Made by a program: the position numbers and the translations under genes. From NCBI GenBank assembly GCA_963729625.1, contig CAVSOU010000008.1, forward strand, positions 800,001 to 864,000: a DNA stretch of 64,000 bases, in the 5' to 3' direction. Positions 9,883-19,665 of the stretch are shown piece after piece (position 1 is the first letter of the stretch; each line of letters starts with the position of its first letter). Under the pieces are notes generated by a model, which was given only the letters and a program-made list of their open reading frames with translations, had not been told where the DNA came from and searched no databases. This stretch comes from an uncultured bacterium. GTDB lineage: Bacteria > Chloroflexota > UBA5177 > JANWHV01.

Positions 9883-10362
9883 ATGATGATCAGTCTTCAT
9901 CGAGCAACGCACGACTCCAGCGGTCTTGGCAGTGTGGCTACCGTCGACCAACGGCAGACCACGGGATCCGTGATCCTTTTCATTGGTGCGGTCGTCATCG
10001 CCGGTCTGACCTGCGTCCTCTACCTGTGGCAGCAAAGCCAGATCGTGGCAACGCAGGGCGATATTCGCACGCTTGACGCCAAAATATCCACGCTCACCTT
10101 GCAAAGAAACGATCTGTCCTCCCAGAGAAGCCTCATGACGTCGGTCACACATGTGCTGTCCGAAGCGATCAAGGACGGCATGGTGATTGGTGACTCGCGC
10201 CAAGTCAAGACGCTGCAAGTGCCCGTGGTTGTGCCGAGCGGCTTGGTGGCGCAGACCGTGGCGCCTGCCGGCAAGTCGACGGTCGCGCTCCCTTCGACCA
10301 ACGCCGCGATCACCTCTTGGTGGCAGGACGCGTGGGACGGGCTGTTTAGCCTGCTACGATGA
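9883..10362 (+). CDS. FtsL-like bitopic cell division protein
   Basis: Single TM helix followed by a coiled coil, at the canonical ftsL position between rsmH and the PBP. Confidence 0.65.
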   Translation: MMISLHRATHDSSGLGSVATVDQRQTTGSVILFIGAVVIAGLTCVLYLWQQSQIVATQGDIRTLDAKISTLTLQRNDLSSQRSLMTSVTHVLSEAIKDGMVIGDSRQVKTLQVPVVVPSGLVAQTVAPAGKSTVALPSTNAAITSWWQDAWDGLFSLLR

Positions 10363-12374
10363 TCCGCCGACGCGCGCGCCGTGGATGGCGGCAGCTGGCC
10401 CTGCTGGGTTCTATCTTCCTGGTTCTCTGCCTGCTCGCGGACAGGCTGTACGCATTACAGATTGCCGTGAGCGCGGATGCCAAGGCCAACTTGACGAAAT
10501 ACTGGGCTGCCGACGTGGCGGCGCCGCAGACTGCCAAGCCGCCCCGCGGCACGGTCGTGGATATCAACGGCGCCTCGTTGGTCAGCACGGTCACGGTATA
10601 TAAGCTGGCGGCTGCCCCGTCGTACGTGACGAAAAAGGCGGCCGTATCGCGGATTCTCACCGACGTCCTGTTTCCGCTGCGACTACCCGGCGGAAAGCAC
10701 GCGCACGACCAGGCGCGGATAGCCAAGGCAAAGGCCAGCTATATGCAGCACTATGAGGCGTTTCTCAAGCAACTCAACGCGTCATGGAGCTATGTCTGCC
10801 TGGCGGGAGACGACAGCGACACATGTCCGTACCAGAACACCCTCTCGCAGAGCCTGTTGAACACCATTATCAGTCGTATCAACAAGCTGAACGTGGCCGG
10901 CATCAGCTCAGAACCGCGCAGCATGCCCGTGTACCCAAACGGCACGCTGGCGGCGCAGTTGCTCGGCTACGTCGATTACGTCTACCCCGATGGCGCGGCG
11001 CCGTATGACACGGGCGTCTACGGCGTCCAGGAGGCCTACAACAACCTGCTGACGGGTATTCCTGGGCACACGACCATCCGATTTGATACCAAAGGCAACC
11101 CGATTCGAGTCGGTACTGGCGCTGATACGATGCCGCAACCAGGCGCCACGCTTCAGCTGACCCTAGACAGCTACGTCCAGTACCTGGTGGGGCAGGATCT
11201 CGCGCAAGTGGTGAAGGCGCGACACGCCACGGGCGGCACCATCATCGTGGAGCGCCCAAGTGACGGCGCCATTCTGGCCATGGCCTCGACGCCGAGCTAC
11301 GACCCGAACCAGTGGCGAAGTCTGGTGGCCAGCCTGGCCAAGAAGGCCGGCGCGGGAACAAAAAAGTACAACCAGACGAAGTTCATGCAGTCGCTGTATG
11401 CCGTATTTCCCAATCCGGCCATCAGCAAGCGCTACGAGCCGGGATCGACGTTCAAGGCGCTCACGATCGCCACCGGCTTCGATCAGAACCTCTTCAACGA
11501 AAACACCCGGGTGTACGATTCGGGCTTGCTCAGCGTGGACGGCATCAAGATCACTGATTGGTGCGCCCCGAGTTGCCCGTACGGTGGTCCCGAGACGCCC
11601 GCGACGATGCTGCACTGGTCGTCCAATATCGGCGCCACGCAGTTCAGCCGCATCATTCCGGCGCCGATCTGGTACCAGTACGTGCTCGACAACTTCGGCC
11701 TCGCATCCACGACCGGTATCGACCTCAGCGGCGAGGTGGCGGGCGACGTTCGCTGGTACAACGATGCGCCTCCGAAGCCGACATGGTACCCGGCATACAA
11801 AGATACGCAGGCCTACGGCCAGGGTCTGAGCATCACGCCCCTGCAGCTTACCAACGCGTACGCGTCGCTGGCGAACGGCGGCGAGCTGCCGACGCCGCAT
11901 GTCCTGCAGTCGTACGTGCTGGCAGGGAAGACGGTGACGCCGGTATGGAATCCAATCCACCGCGCAGTAAGTGAGGAGACCTCCTCCCGCATGGTCCAGC
12001 TCCTTGTCAGCCAGGCCATCGGCGGCGAAGCGTGCGAGGCCCTGGTTCCCGGCTACGACATCGCGGCCAAGACCGGCACAGCGTCGATCCCAAGCCTGGG
12101 CGGGAACTATCTGCCGGAGTCGACAATCGCCAGCACGATGGCATTTGGCCCGGTGGAGAACGATCCGGCCCATCAGTTCGTGGTGCTGGTCAAGGTGGAC
12201 AAGCCCGCCGACCCGTGGGGCTCCGAAGTCGCCGCTCCCGTGGTGCGGGACATCTACCAGCACCTCTTCCAGTACTACAAGATCATGCCCGCCGCGCACC
12301 CGGTGCAGCCGACCAACGGCGTGTGCCCGATCGCCACTTCAACGCAGCTTGTACCGTGGTCGTCACACCAATAG
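10359..12374 (+). CDS. ftsI: Class B penicillin-binding protein (FtsI-like)
   Basis: N-terminal TM; transpeptidase motifs STFK, SSN and KTG; dcw position. Confidence 0.88.
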   Translation: MIRRRARRGWRQLALLGSIFLVLCLLADRLYALQIAVSADAKANLTKYWAADVAAPQTAKPPRGTVVDINGASLVSTVTVYKLAAAPSYVTKKAAVSRILTDVLFPLRLPGGKHAHDQARIAKAKASYMQHYEAFLKQLNASWSYVCLAGDDSDTCPYQNTLSQSLLNTIISRINKLNVAGISSEPRSMPVYPNGTLAAQLLGYVDYVYPDGAAPYDTGVYGVQEAYNNLLTGIPGHTTIRFDTKGNPIRVGTGADTMPQPGATLQLTLDSYVQYLVGQDLAQVVKARHATGGTIIVERPSDGAILAMASTPSYDPNQWRSLVASLAKKAGAGTKKYNQTKFMQSLYAVFPNPAISKRYEPGSTFKALTIATGFDQNLFNENTRVYDSGLLSVDGIKITDWCAPSCPYGGPETPATMLHWSSNIGATQFSRIIPAPIWYQYVLDNFGLASTTGIDLSGEVAGDVRWYNDAPPKPTWYPAYKDTQAYGQGLSITPLQLTNAYASLANGGELPTPHVLQSYVLAGKTVTPVWNPIHRAVSEETSSRMVQLLVSQAIGGEACEALVPGYDIAAKTGTASIPSLGGNYLPESTIASTMAFGPVENDPAHQFVVLVKVDKPADPWGSEVAAPVVRDIYQHLFQYYKIMPAAHPVQPTNGVCPIATSTQLVPWSSHQ

Positions 12375-12492
12375 GCAGCTTGTTGCAGCGTATGGCCGAG
12401 ATGCGGCGGAAGGCCGGCAGAGGCGCGCCGTCATCCGTTGGCAGCGGCGTTTTCGCGCGAAGTGGCAGATCCGGGTGTGCTCGTCTGAGCGG

Positions 12493-13902
12493 ATGCCGGC
12501 TGTGATACGGCTGATCCTGGAGGACGTGCGTCGATTCGTACGCGAAAGCGGCGAAGGCACATTGCAAATTCTGGGCGCCGATCCGGATTGGCAAGCCACG
12601 CTGGGCCCGGCGGTAAACGATTCGCGCGAGGTGCTGCCCGGGAGCCTCTTCGTTGCGCTGCCGGGCGAGCATACGGATGGGCACCGTTTCGCGACGGCGG
12701 CGGTCGAGCGAGGCGCCCTGGCGGTCCTCGTGACGCATGTACCGGGCGACTTTAGCGGTTCGACGGTGGTAGTCTGGCTGGCGCCGGATTCACTTGTGGC
12801 GCTCCAACGTTTCGCGGCCTGGTGGCGGTCGCGATTCCCCGGACTCGTTGCTATTGGCGTGACCGGGAGTGTCGGCAAGACGACCACGAAGGACGTCATT
12901 GCCGCCGCGCTGGCTGCCGAGATGCCGGTGCTGGCGAATCCACGAAGCTTCAACAACGAGATTGGGCTTCCCTTGACGCTCCTCTCGCTGACGAGCGATC
13001 ACCGTGCGGCTGTACTCGAAATGGGCATGTACGACGTCGGCGACATCGCGTTTTTGGCGCGACTGGCACGGCAGACCGTCGGCGTGGTGCTCAATGTCGA
13101 CGCCGTCCATCTCGGGCGCGCCGGCACGATCGAGCGCATCGCGCAGGCCAAGCGAGAGATCATCGACACGCTTTCCAAGGACGGCACTGCTGTGCTAAAC
13201 GCCGATGACCCGCGCGTGCTGGCCATGAGAGCGGCGGCGCCGGGACCGGTGATAACCTTCGGCCTCCAGCCTGGAGCAGACTGGCAGGCGACGCATATCG
13301 CGTCGTCCGCGGACGGCCTCGCGCTTACGCTAAATCGCTCGGGCCGTGCCTTTGCGCTCAGCAGCCCGTTGCCCGGCAGACACCATGTGTCCGCCCTGTT
13401 GGCCGCGGCCGCCGTCCTGGAGGTCACCGGCGCGCCATTTGACCGTATCGCGGCAGCTCTGGCCGCCGTACCGGCTCCGGCCGCGCGGCAGCGCTTCTTG
13501 CGCGGCGCGAACGGCTGCACGATCATCGACGACACGTATAACGCATCGCCGCTGTCCATGATCGCCGCACTGGATCTGCTGGCGGCTCAAGACGCCGAGC
13601 GACGTGTGGCTATTCTCGGCGACATGCTCGAGCTCGGCCCGATCAGCGAGGAGAAGCATCGGCTAGTCGGCGAGCACAGCACTGGAGTGGCGGATCTGGT
13701 CATCGCGGTGGGCCCTGAAGCGCGTGGCATCGCCGACGCCGCGGGCCATATCGCTCGCTGGTACCGCGAAAAATCGGCTCTGCACGCAGACATCGAGACC
13801 CTGCTACGACCCGGGGATACGGTACTCGTGAAGGGATCGCGAGGCATGGCCATGGAGGAGGTAGTGGCATGGCTGGCAGCGACCAGCTGGTACAAGGGGT
13901 AG
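12493..13902 (+). CDS. murF: UDP-MurNAc-tripeptide--D-Ala-D-Ala ligase MurF
   Basis: GVTGSVGKTTTK, NNEIGLPLTL, DDTYNASP, LGDMLELG, VKGSRG. Start approximate. Confidence 0.93.
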   Translation: MPAVIRLILEDVRRFVRESGEGTLQILGADPDWQATLGPAVNDSREVLPGSLFVALPGEHTDGHRFATAAVERGALAVLVTHVPGDFSGSTVVVWLAPDSLVALQRFAAWWRSRFPGLVAIGVTGSVGKTTTKDVIAAALAAEMPVLANPRSFNNEIGLPLTLLSLTSDHRAAVLEMGMYDVGDIAFLARLARQTVGVVLNVDAVHLGRAGTIERIAQAKREIIDTLSKDGTAVLNADDPRVLAMRAAAPGPVITFGLQPGADWQATHIASSADGLALTLNRSGRAFALSSPLPGRHHVSALLAAAAVLEVTGAPFDRIAAALAAVPAPAARQRFLRGANGCTIIDDTYNASPLSMIAALDLLAAQDAERRVAILGDMLELGPISEEKHRLVGEHSTGVADLVIAVGPEARGIADAAGHIARWYREKSALHADIETLLRPGDTVLVKGSRGMAMEEVVAWLAATSWYKG

Positions 13903-14840
13903 CGCTCTTCTCCACTGCTGGGGCGATCGGTCTCGCGACGATGCCGTTCTTCATTCGTGCATTGGCGCGGCTTGGCGCCGGCAAACAGATCCGCGCGGAA
14001 GGTCCTGCCAGCCACCAGGTGAAGGCAGGAACGCCGACGATGGGTGGCGTCGTGTTTCTCGGCATCACGGCAGCGCTAGGCGCTTTCTTCCTCGCGCCCG
14101 CCAGTGCGAGCGTGCAGACGCTGTTGGTCCTGATGGCGGCGAGCACGATCCTGGGTGTCGTAGACGATCTGCTCAGTTCAGCCCGCTACAAGCGTGGCGG
14201 CATCCGAGCGCGGCCCAAGCTTGCCTGGCAGGCAGGAATTGCCGCCGGCGCGGTGCTGATCGAGTGGACCGGACCGGGCCTGCCGCCCCAGCACATTCCT
14301 GGGCTGGGCACGCTGCACGCGTCGTGGGCGATCGCGCTCTTAGGCTTGGTCGCGATCATCTCGACCACGCACTCGGTGAATCTCACGGACGGCATTGACG
14401 GCCTGGCAGGCTGTACAACAAGCGTCGCGCTGGCGGCGTTCGCCGTGATCGCCTACCATCAGGGTGAGGACGCGGTCGGCGCCATGTGCCTTCTGACGAT
14501 GGGCGCCCTGGTGGGATTCCTCTGGTACAACGTGCATCCGGCACGCCTGTTCATGGGGGATGCCGGTTCGCTCGGACTGGGCTCATTGATCGGCGGGCTG
14601 GGTCTTGCGACCGGTCAGATCGTGGCGTTGATCCCGATCTGCGTGGTATTCGCTGCCGAATCACTCTCAGTGATCGTGCAGGTCACGTACTTCAAGCGCA
14701 CCGGTGGCAAGCGCATCTTCAAGATGTCGCCAATTCACCACCACTTCGAGGCACTTGGCTGGCCGGAGACACAGATCGTTCAGCGATTCATGCTCGTCGG
14801 CCTGACCGGCGCTCTTGTCGGCCTGGCGCTGGCATTCTGA
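13869..14840 (+). CDS. mraY: Phospho-N-acetylmuramoyl-pentapeptide transferase MraY
   Basis: KAGTPTMGG, VNLTDGIDGL, FMGDAGSL, PIHHHFE. Confidence 0.95.
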   Translation: MAGSDQLVQGVALFSTAGAIGLATMPFFIRALARLGAGKQIRAEGPASHQVKAGTPTMGGVVFLGITAALGAFFLAPASASVQTLLVLMAASTILGVVDDLLSSARYKRGGIRARPKLAWQAGIAAGAVLIEWTGPGLPPQHIPGLGTLHASWAIALLGLVAIISTTHSVNLTDGIDGLAGCTTSVALAAFAVIAYHQGEDAVGAMCLLTMGALVGFLWYNVHPARLFMGDAGSLGLGSLIGGLGLATGQIVALIPICVVFAAESLSVIVQVTYFKRTGGKRIFKMSPIHHHFEALGWPETQIVQRFMLVGLTGALVGLALAF

Positions 14841-14976
14841 GCGGCCGCGCTGGTGTAACCCCATCCCGGCGAACGCACGGCAAGCTTCCTCCTAGCGTCC
14901 GCAGGCCTCCAATCATAGCCATGCGGCACGGTGTGTTGGGCTATGGCAGCCCCGGCGTGAATGTTGTGGCTATCTG

Positions 14977-15554
14977 CTACCAGTGTAGCGCAGTACCCTG
15001 GGCGAGCCTGCTCGACGCTGCTTCCTCCTGAGCGTCGGCGCTCGTTCGGGCCCGGCGACCGGGCAAGAACAGCGCGATGAGGACGAGCAGCGCGGTGCTG
15101 GCAGTGAGCAGGGCGCTCACGTCGACCAGGCCGCTCGTTCCGGCGCGTGCGGCGATTTCCATTCGTGCCGCCAGGGCCTGCGGCGAAGCAGGATGAGCAA
15201 GCACACTCTTCGGCAGCGACGCGGTCATGTTCGCGGCATGGGAGAGCGTGTGCTGCGTGAATACGCTGACAAGCACGGCCGATCCGATCGATGCCCACAC
15301 GTTCTTGGCTGCCTGCACAATTGACGATGCTCTGTTCAGCGCCTCGCCGGTGAGCGCCTCGAGAGCCAACGTCTGGATCATCGCGCGGTAGACGGAAAGA
15401 AGCCGATGTAGATCCACTGGGTAATGTCTATGCTGGTGTGCAGGGCCTCGCTGATAGGGACGATCGCTACGTTGACGATTGTGGCGTCGAGAGCTACCGG
15501 GAACAGGCCGATAGCCGCGACAAGAGCAATTGCATAGCGAGCAGATACTCGCAT
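14977..15554 (-). pseudogene. Internally deleted DHA2 (EmrB/QacA-type) MFS efflux transporter
   Basis: ATG at 15554 (RBS GAAAGG) gives MRVSARYAIALVAAIGLFPVALDATIVNVAIVPISEALHTSIDITQWIYIGF and stops shortly after. The C-terminal helices (QTLALEAL...ASSIVQAAKNVWASIGSAVL) continue in another frame. Confidence 0.75.
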
Positions 15555-15835
15555 GACATCAACCTTTCATACGACCGACGTTGCGTATGCATCGCGCTCC
15601 AGCACGAGTTGGCTGCAGATTGCCCGGTAACGTTGACGCCGAAGCCGGGATCCGGTCAAGTCTTCGTGCGATCGCGGCGCCAGCAAACATGTCTAACCTC
15701 GATCTTCGGATTCCAGTCTCTGTCTTCTTGCTGTTGCGCGCCACGAGCACTCACGCAGACAGGCCACGCAGTTCATACTGCGTGGGAGTGGTGCTCCACG
15801 CCGCCACTCAGAAACACAGATGAACCGTGTCCCAC

Positions 15836-17350
15836 TCAGCGATGGATTTCGGAGTCGCGCTGCGTGGCGCGCAGGCGAACTGTAAACACGCTGTCGCCGC
15901 TGAGCACGCCACCACGTCCGAATAGCCGGCCGTTCTGCCAGTTGGAAAGCCCTAGCTCCGGCCGGCTCAAAGCGTACTGGCCGTCGACCCAGCGCGTGAA
16001 ACCGTTTCCCACGAACGGGGCATCCACTGAACGGAAGAACCGGTCCTGAGCGGTGGGGTCATCGGAGATCAAAGACGCGGCGAGGCGAGGACTGTAGTGA
16101 TTGAACCACGTCACGGCCTGGGCGACATTCGCCACGACGCCAATTGTCAGCTCGGGAGTGGCCTCCCATTCCCATTCTGTTCCCAGCTCGCCGACGGCCA
16201 GGGCCTCGGCGACCGGCTCCTCCACAGGCCCGCCGGCGCGATGAATTGGTACGCGCTTCTCGAATAGCTCCGTCGGAATGAACGGCCGAGCGCCGTCCAG
16301 CACGTGCAACTTGTACCCGGTGCCGAGCGCTTCTCCGCGGCGCCGCACGGCTCGCAAGGCGATGGAAGCGAGGTCCTCCGCGCGTGACTCTACTACCAGC
16401 ACGACGTTCGCCGTGTTGCAGACCTTGCGATCGAGAGAATGGTAGACAGCAGCTTCAAATCTGGCGGCCTCGGCCGTATCGTCGGCGACGATCCAGGCGC
16501 CGCCCGTGCCGTGCAAGCTCGCGGGAATGCCGGTCTGGCGGGCGATGCTGCCAAGCTGCGCCACTGCTCGTCCCGATCCCCGAGCCACGGCGAGGGCGAG
16601 TCGAGAATCGGAGAACAGGGCCCATCCCGCGGCGTGCTCGACGCTATCGATCAGCGTTATCGCGCCGTCAGGGAGGCCTGCTTCAGCCAGTGCCGGTTGC
16701 AGCGCCTGGCGCGAAATCGCGCGCGCTGTACCCAAGGCATCGCCGCCGATACGCAACACGGCGGTGTTACCGCTGCGAAGAATACCGGTGGCGTCGGCGA
16801 ATACGTTGGGCCGGCCCTCAAATACAAATCCCACCACGCCCAGGCCGTCGGAGACCTGCTCGACGGTCCAGCCCTGGTGGTTCACGACGCCGGCGATTGC
16901 TCCGCGCATCGGCGGCAGGTCACGCCAGCCTATGAGGCCGTCGATCATATCGCGCCGCATCTTTTCGCTGGCGACCAGGCGGGTCGTGGAGCGTCCGCGA
17001 GCCTTGGCGGCCTGCACATCCTTCTCGTTTGCCGCGGCAATGAGCGCCCAGACCTCGCCGGAGGCAAGGCGAGCCGCGAATGCCTCGTAGAAACGGGCGA
17101 TGGCCGCGTCGTCGACCAGGCTCATCTGCTGAAACGCGTCGCTGGCGCGGCCGACGGCCGCCCTGACCAGCTCACAGACCGCACACGGCAGGTGCAGGAT
17201 GTCCCCGCTGCCGGACACTACCAGCAGCCGATCTCCAGGCTGGAAGCGCGTGGCGATGTCCACACCGACGTACGCCAGCTTGTTGCCATCGTAGAGGAGC
17301 GGCATGCCCGCCATGACGGTCTTCAATGTGGTCTCGTTTTCGACGTCCAT
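15836..17350 (-). CDS. proA: Gamma-glutamyl phosphate reductase (ProA-like, N-terminally extended)
   Basis: LGVVGFVFEGRPNV, LRSGNTAVLRIGG, ARGSG, catalytic VCN, FTRWVDG...ELGLS. Confidence 0.8.
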   Translation of the reverse strand: MDVENETTLKTVMAGMPLLYDGNKLAYVGVDIATRFQPGDRLLVVSGSGDILHLPCAVCELVRAAVGRASDAFQQMSLVDDAAIARFYEAFAARLASGEVWALIAAANEKDVQAAKARGRSTTRLVASEKMRRDMIDGLIGWRDLPPMRGAIAGVVNHQGWTVEQVSDGLGVVGFVFEGRPNVFADATGILRSGNTAVLRIGGDALGTARAISRQALQPALAEAGLPDGAITLIDSVEHAAGWALFSDSRLALAVARGSGRAVAQLGSIARQTGIPASLHGTGGAWIVADDTAEAARFEAAVYHSLDRKVCNTANVVLVVESRAEDLASIALRAVRRRGEALGTGYKLHVLDGARPFIPTELFEKRVPIHRAGGPVEEPVAEALAVGELGTEWEWEATPELTIGVVANVAQAVTWFNHYSPRLAASLISDDPTAQDRFFRSVDAPFVGNGFTRWVDGQYALSRPELGLSNWQNGRLFGRGGVLSGDSVFTVRLRATQRDSEIHR

Positions 17351-17594
17351 GCGTGTGCGCGCTCCCGGTGCCCTGCCTTATCCCGCCTGGGCGACGCTTC
17401 CGGACAAGATCCATGCCTGCGACGGAACATCGGCGATGCGACGCCGATGCTGCCAATGAAGATACCACGATACAGCGCACATTCTGCGCGACATGCCTGC
17501 CTGAACGGGAAGAGGAAGTCCTTACAGCCTGGAACGCAGCTGGACCAAGAGCCTTAGGCTAATGCGTGGGAGTGGCCATTAGCCCGCCGGACAA

Positions 17595-17623
17595 TTGACG
17601 CGTACCGCATGCTCACCTACACT
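17595..17623 (+). promoter_or_regulatory. Putative sigma70 promoter of the peptide-binding protein gene
   Basis: TTGACG-N17-TACACT. Confidence 0.55.
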
Positions 17624-17757
17624 GCCAGTTGTTCTTTCCGATGCGAGAGACTGGCGTCACGCATCGATTTCCGGCAGCGCTCTCCCAGAGCGGAGCCACC
17701 AATTTTGCCCCGCTTTCCGCCTTTCCCGGCGAGAAAAGCGGCTTGGAGGAAGCAGTC

Positions 17758-19458
17758 TTGACGTTCATCCAGCACATGATGGCGCGGTTCGCTCCGTGCG
17801 CGCTCGTGTTTGCTCTTGTCGTAGCAGCATCGTCGGCGCCGGAACGGGCACACGCGGCGGCACATCGCCCCACGTCCACGCCGACCGCCACGCCCGTGGT
17901 CTCTCGCGGCGGCACGCTCGTCGAGGCCATCCAGGAAGATCCCGATCGGCTCTTGCCAAACTTCAGCGGCCGCTACTACACACTGCTCATTCAGCAAACG
18001 CTTTTCGCGCCGCTCTTTTACTCGGACGACCACGGGGTCATCCATGCCGGTTTAGCCAGCGAGGTGCCGACAAGAGCCAACGGCGGCATATCGGCGGACG
18101 GCAGAACCTACACATTTCACCTGCGCCGCGGCCTGAGATGGTCCGATGGCGCGCCGCTCACGGCCCGCGACGTGGATTTCTCGTGGCGGCTGTGGACCAA
18201 TAACCAGGTTTCACCGCCGCCTGCGGTAATCCTCGGCCTCGATCGCATCGGTGGGTCTGCCATCAGTGCCGATGGTCTTAGCATTACATTTCTGCTCGTG
18301 CAGCCATATGCACCGTTCGTGGCCGACTGGACCGATTCGCTTCAGCCGCTGCCGGCGCACATCTTCGCGAAGGTCAAGCCTGCGTCCCTCGGGACCAGTG
18401 TCGCGGCGGTGATGCCCACTGTAGACAGCGGGCCTTTCAGACTGCAGGAATACAAGCGCGGCGACCGGTTGATCGTGAGCAAGAATCCGCACTACTACCA
18501 GGCGAGAGCCGGATTGCCCTACCTGTCGTCCATTGTGTTTCGCGTGATTCGTCAGCCAGGTCAGGTCGTGCAGGCACTGCGCGCCGGCGCCATCGACGCC
18601 GCGTGGCTGCTACCTATAACCTACCTCAGTACGCTTCAGCATATGGCCGGTGTCTCGGCGCTTCCATTGCCTGCTGCCAACTGGGAAGCGGCCGTCATCA
18701 ACCTGCGGCGCCCGCTCTTCAAGGATGTTCGGGTGCGGCAGGCGCTCGAGTACGGCCTGAACCGCGCCGCCGAAACGCGCACAGCCTGGCACGGCCTTGC
18801 GACGCTGATCGGCAGCGATCAACCGCCCGTGTCGAGCGCATATGCCAGCGATATCGCTCCGTACCCCTACGACCCGGATAAAGCAGGAAGGCTGCTCGAC
18901 GCCGCCGGCTGGCGACTGGGCGCCGACGGTCTGCGCCATAAGGGCCGCCAAACCCTGGCCTTTGTCTATTCGACGACCCTGAACAATCCCTGGAGGCAGC
19001 AGGATGAAGCACAAGCGCTCGCCGACTACGAACGTCTCGGCATCCAGTTGGTGATCCGCAACTTCCCACCGGGCGCATTCCTCAGCTCCCTGCAATACGG
19101 CACGTTCGACATCGCCGAGTTCGTGGTCAACAACTCGCTGGATCCCGACGACACCTCGTCATTTGGGACGCATTTTGTCTACCCATACGGTACGAACTAT
19201 GGCGCCTACAGCAATCCGGAGTTCGATCGCGTGGCGGCTGAGGAGGTCATGGCGGTGGATCCGGCGCGACGAGCATCTCTGTTCCACCAGGCACAGCAAC
19301 TGCTGCACGACGACGTTCCCGCGCTCTGGCTTTACAGTCCCGACAATCTTGCGGCAGTTTCAGTCCACGTGCACAACTACACGCCCGCCCCCTTCAGTCT
19401 CGACACCTGGAACTGCTGGGAGTGGTGGATCGACACTGCGGCAACGCGACCCACGTAG
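17758..19458 (+). CDS. Peptide/nickel ABC transporter substrate-binding protein (family 5)
   Basis: GGISADGRTYTFHLRRGLRWSDGAPLTARDVDFS, GPF, DVRVRQAL; GGAGG before TTG at 17758. Confidence 0.9.
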   Translation: MTFIQHMMARFAPCALVFALVVAASSAPERAHAAAHRPTSTPTATPVVSRGGTLVEAIQEDPDRLLPNFSGRYYTLLIQQTLFAPLFYSDDHGVIHAGLASEVPTRANGGISADGRTYTFHLRRGLRWSDGAPLTARDVDFSWRLWTNNQVSPPPAVILGLDRIGGSAISADGLSITFLLVQPYAPFVADWTDSLQPLPAHIFAKVKPASLGTSVAAVMPTVDSGPFRLQEYKRGDRLIVSKNPHYYQARAGLPYLSSIVFRVIRQPGQVVQALRAGAIDAAWLLPITYLSTLQHMAGVSALPLPAANWEAAVINLRRPLFKDVRVRQALEYGLNRAAETRTAWHGLATLIGSDQPPVSSAYASDIAPYPYDPDKAGRLLDAAGWRLGADGLRHKGRQTLAFVYSTTLNNPWRQQDEAQALADYERLGIQLVIRNFPPGAFLSSLQYGTFDIAEFVVNNSLDPDDTSSFGTHFVYPYGTNYGAYSNPEFDRVAAEEVMAVDPARRASLFHQAQQLLHDDVPALWLYSPDNLAAVSVHVHNYTPAPFSLDTWNCWEWWIDTAATRPT

Positions 19459-19665
19459 TCCCCGAGCTTGATGGCGTAACTTCAGGCCGGGCTAACTCGT
19501 CGGAGCCTGACTGCCGGCAGATTACTGGGTGCCCGCGGAGGTGCGCAGCGCTCTTCGCGCCAAGCTGTTACTCATAGGTAAGACCGACCTAGCCGATCGT
19601 ATGGGTCGCGATGACGCGGATTTGCCGCATACTGGTGATTGCAGCGCTCTTCAGAGGTTTGAATC

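Noticed and set aside
11971-12492. Possible N-terminal extension or MurE remnant fused to MurF
   Set aside because: Most of it overlaps ftsI in another frame and it has no Mur ligase motifs.
19545-19652. 12-bp direct repeat GCAGCGCTCTTC flanking about 85 bp
   Set aside because: No inverted ends or element features; plausible by chance in GC-rich DNA.
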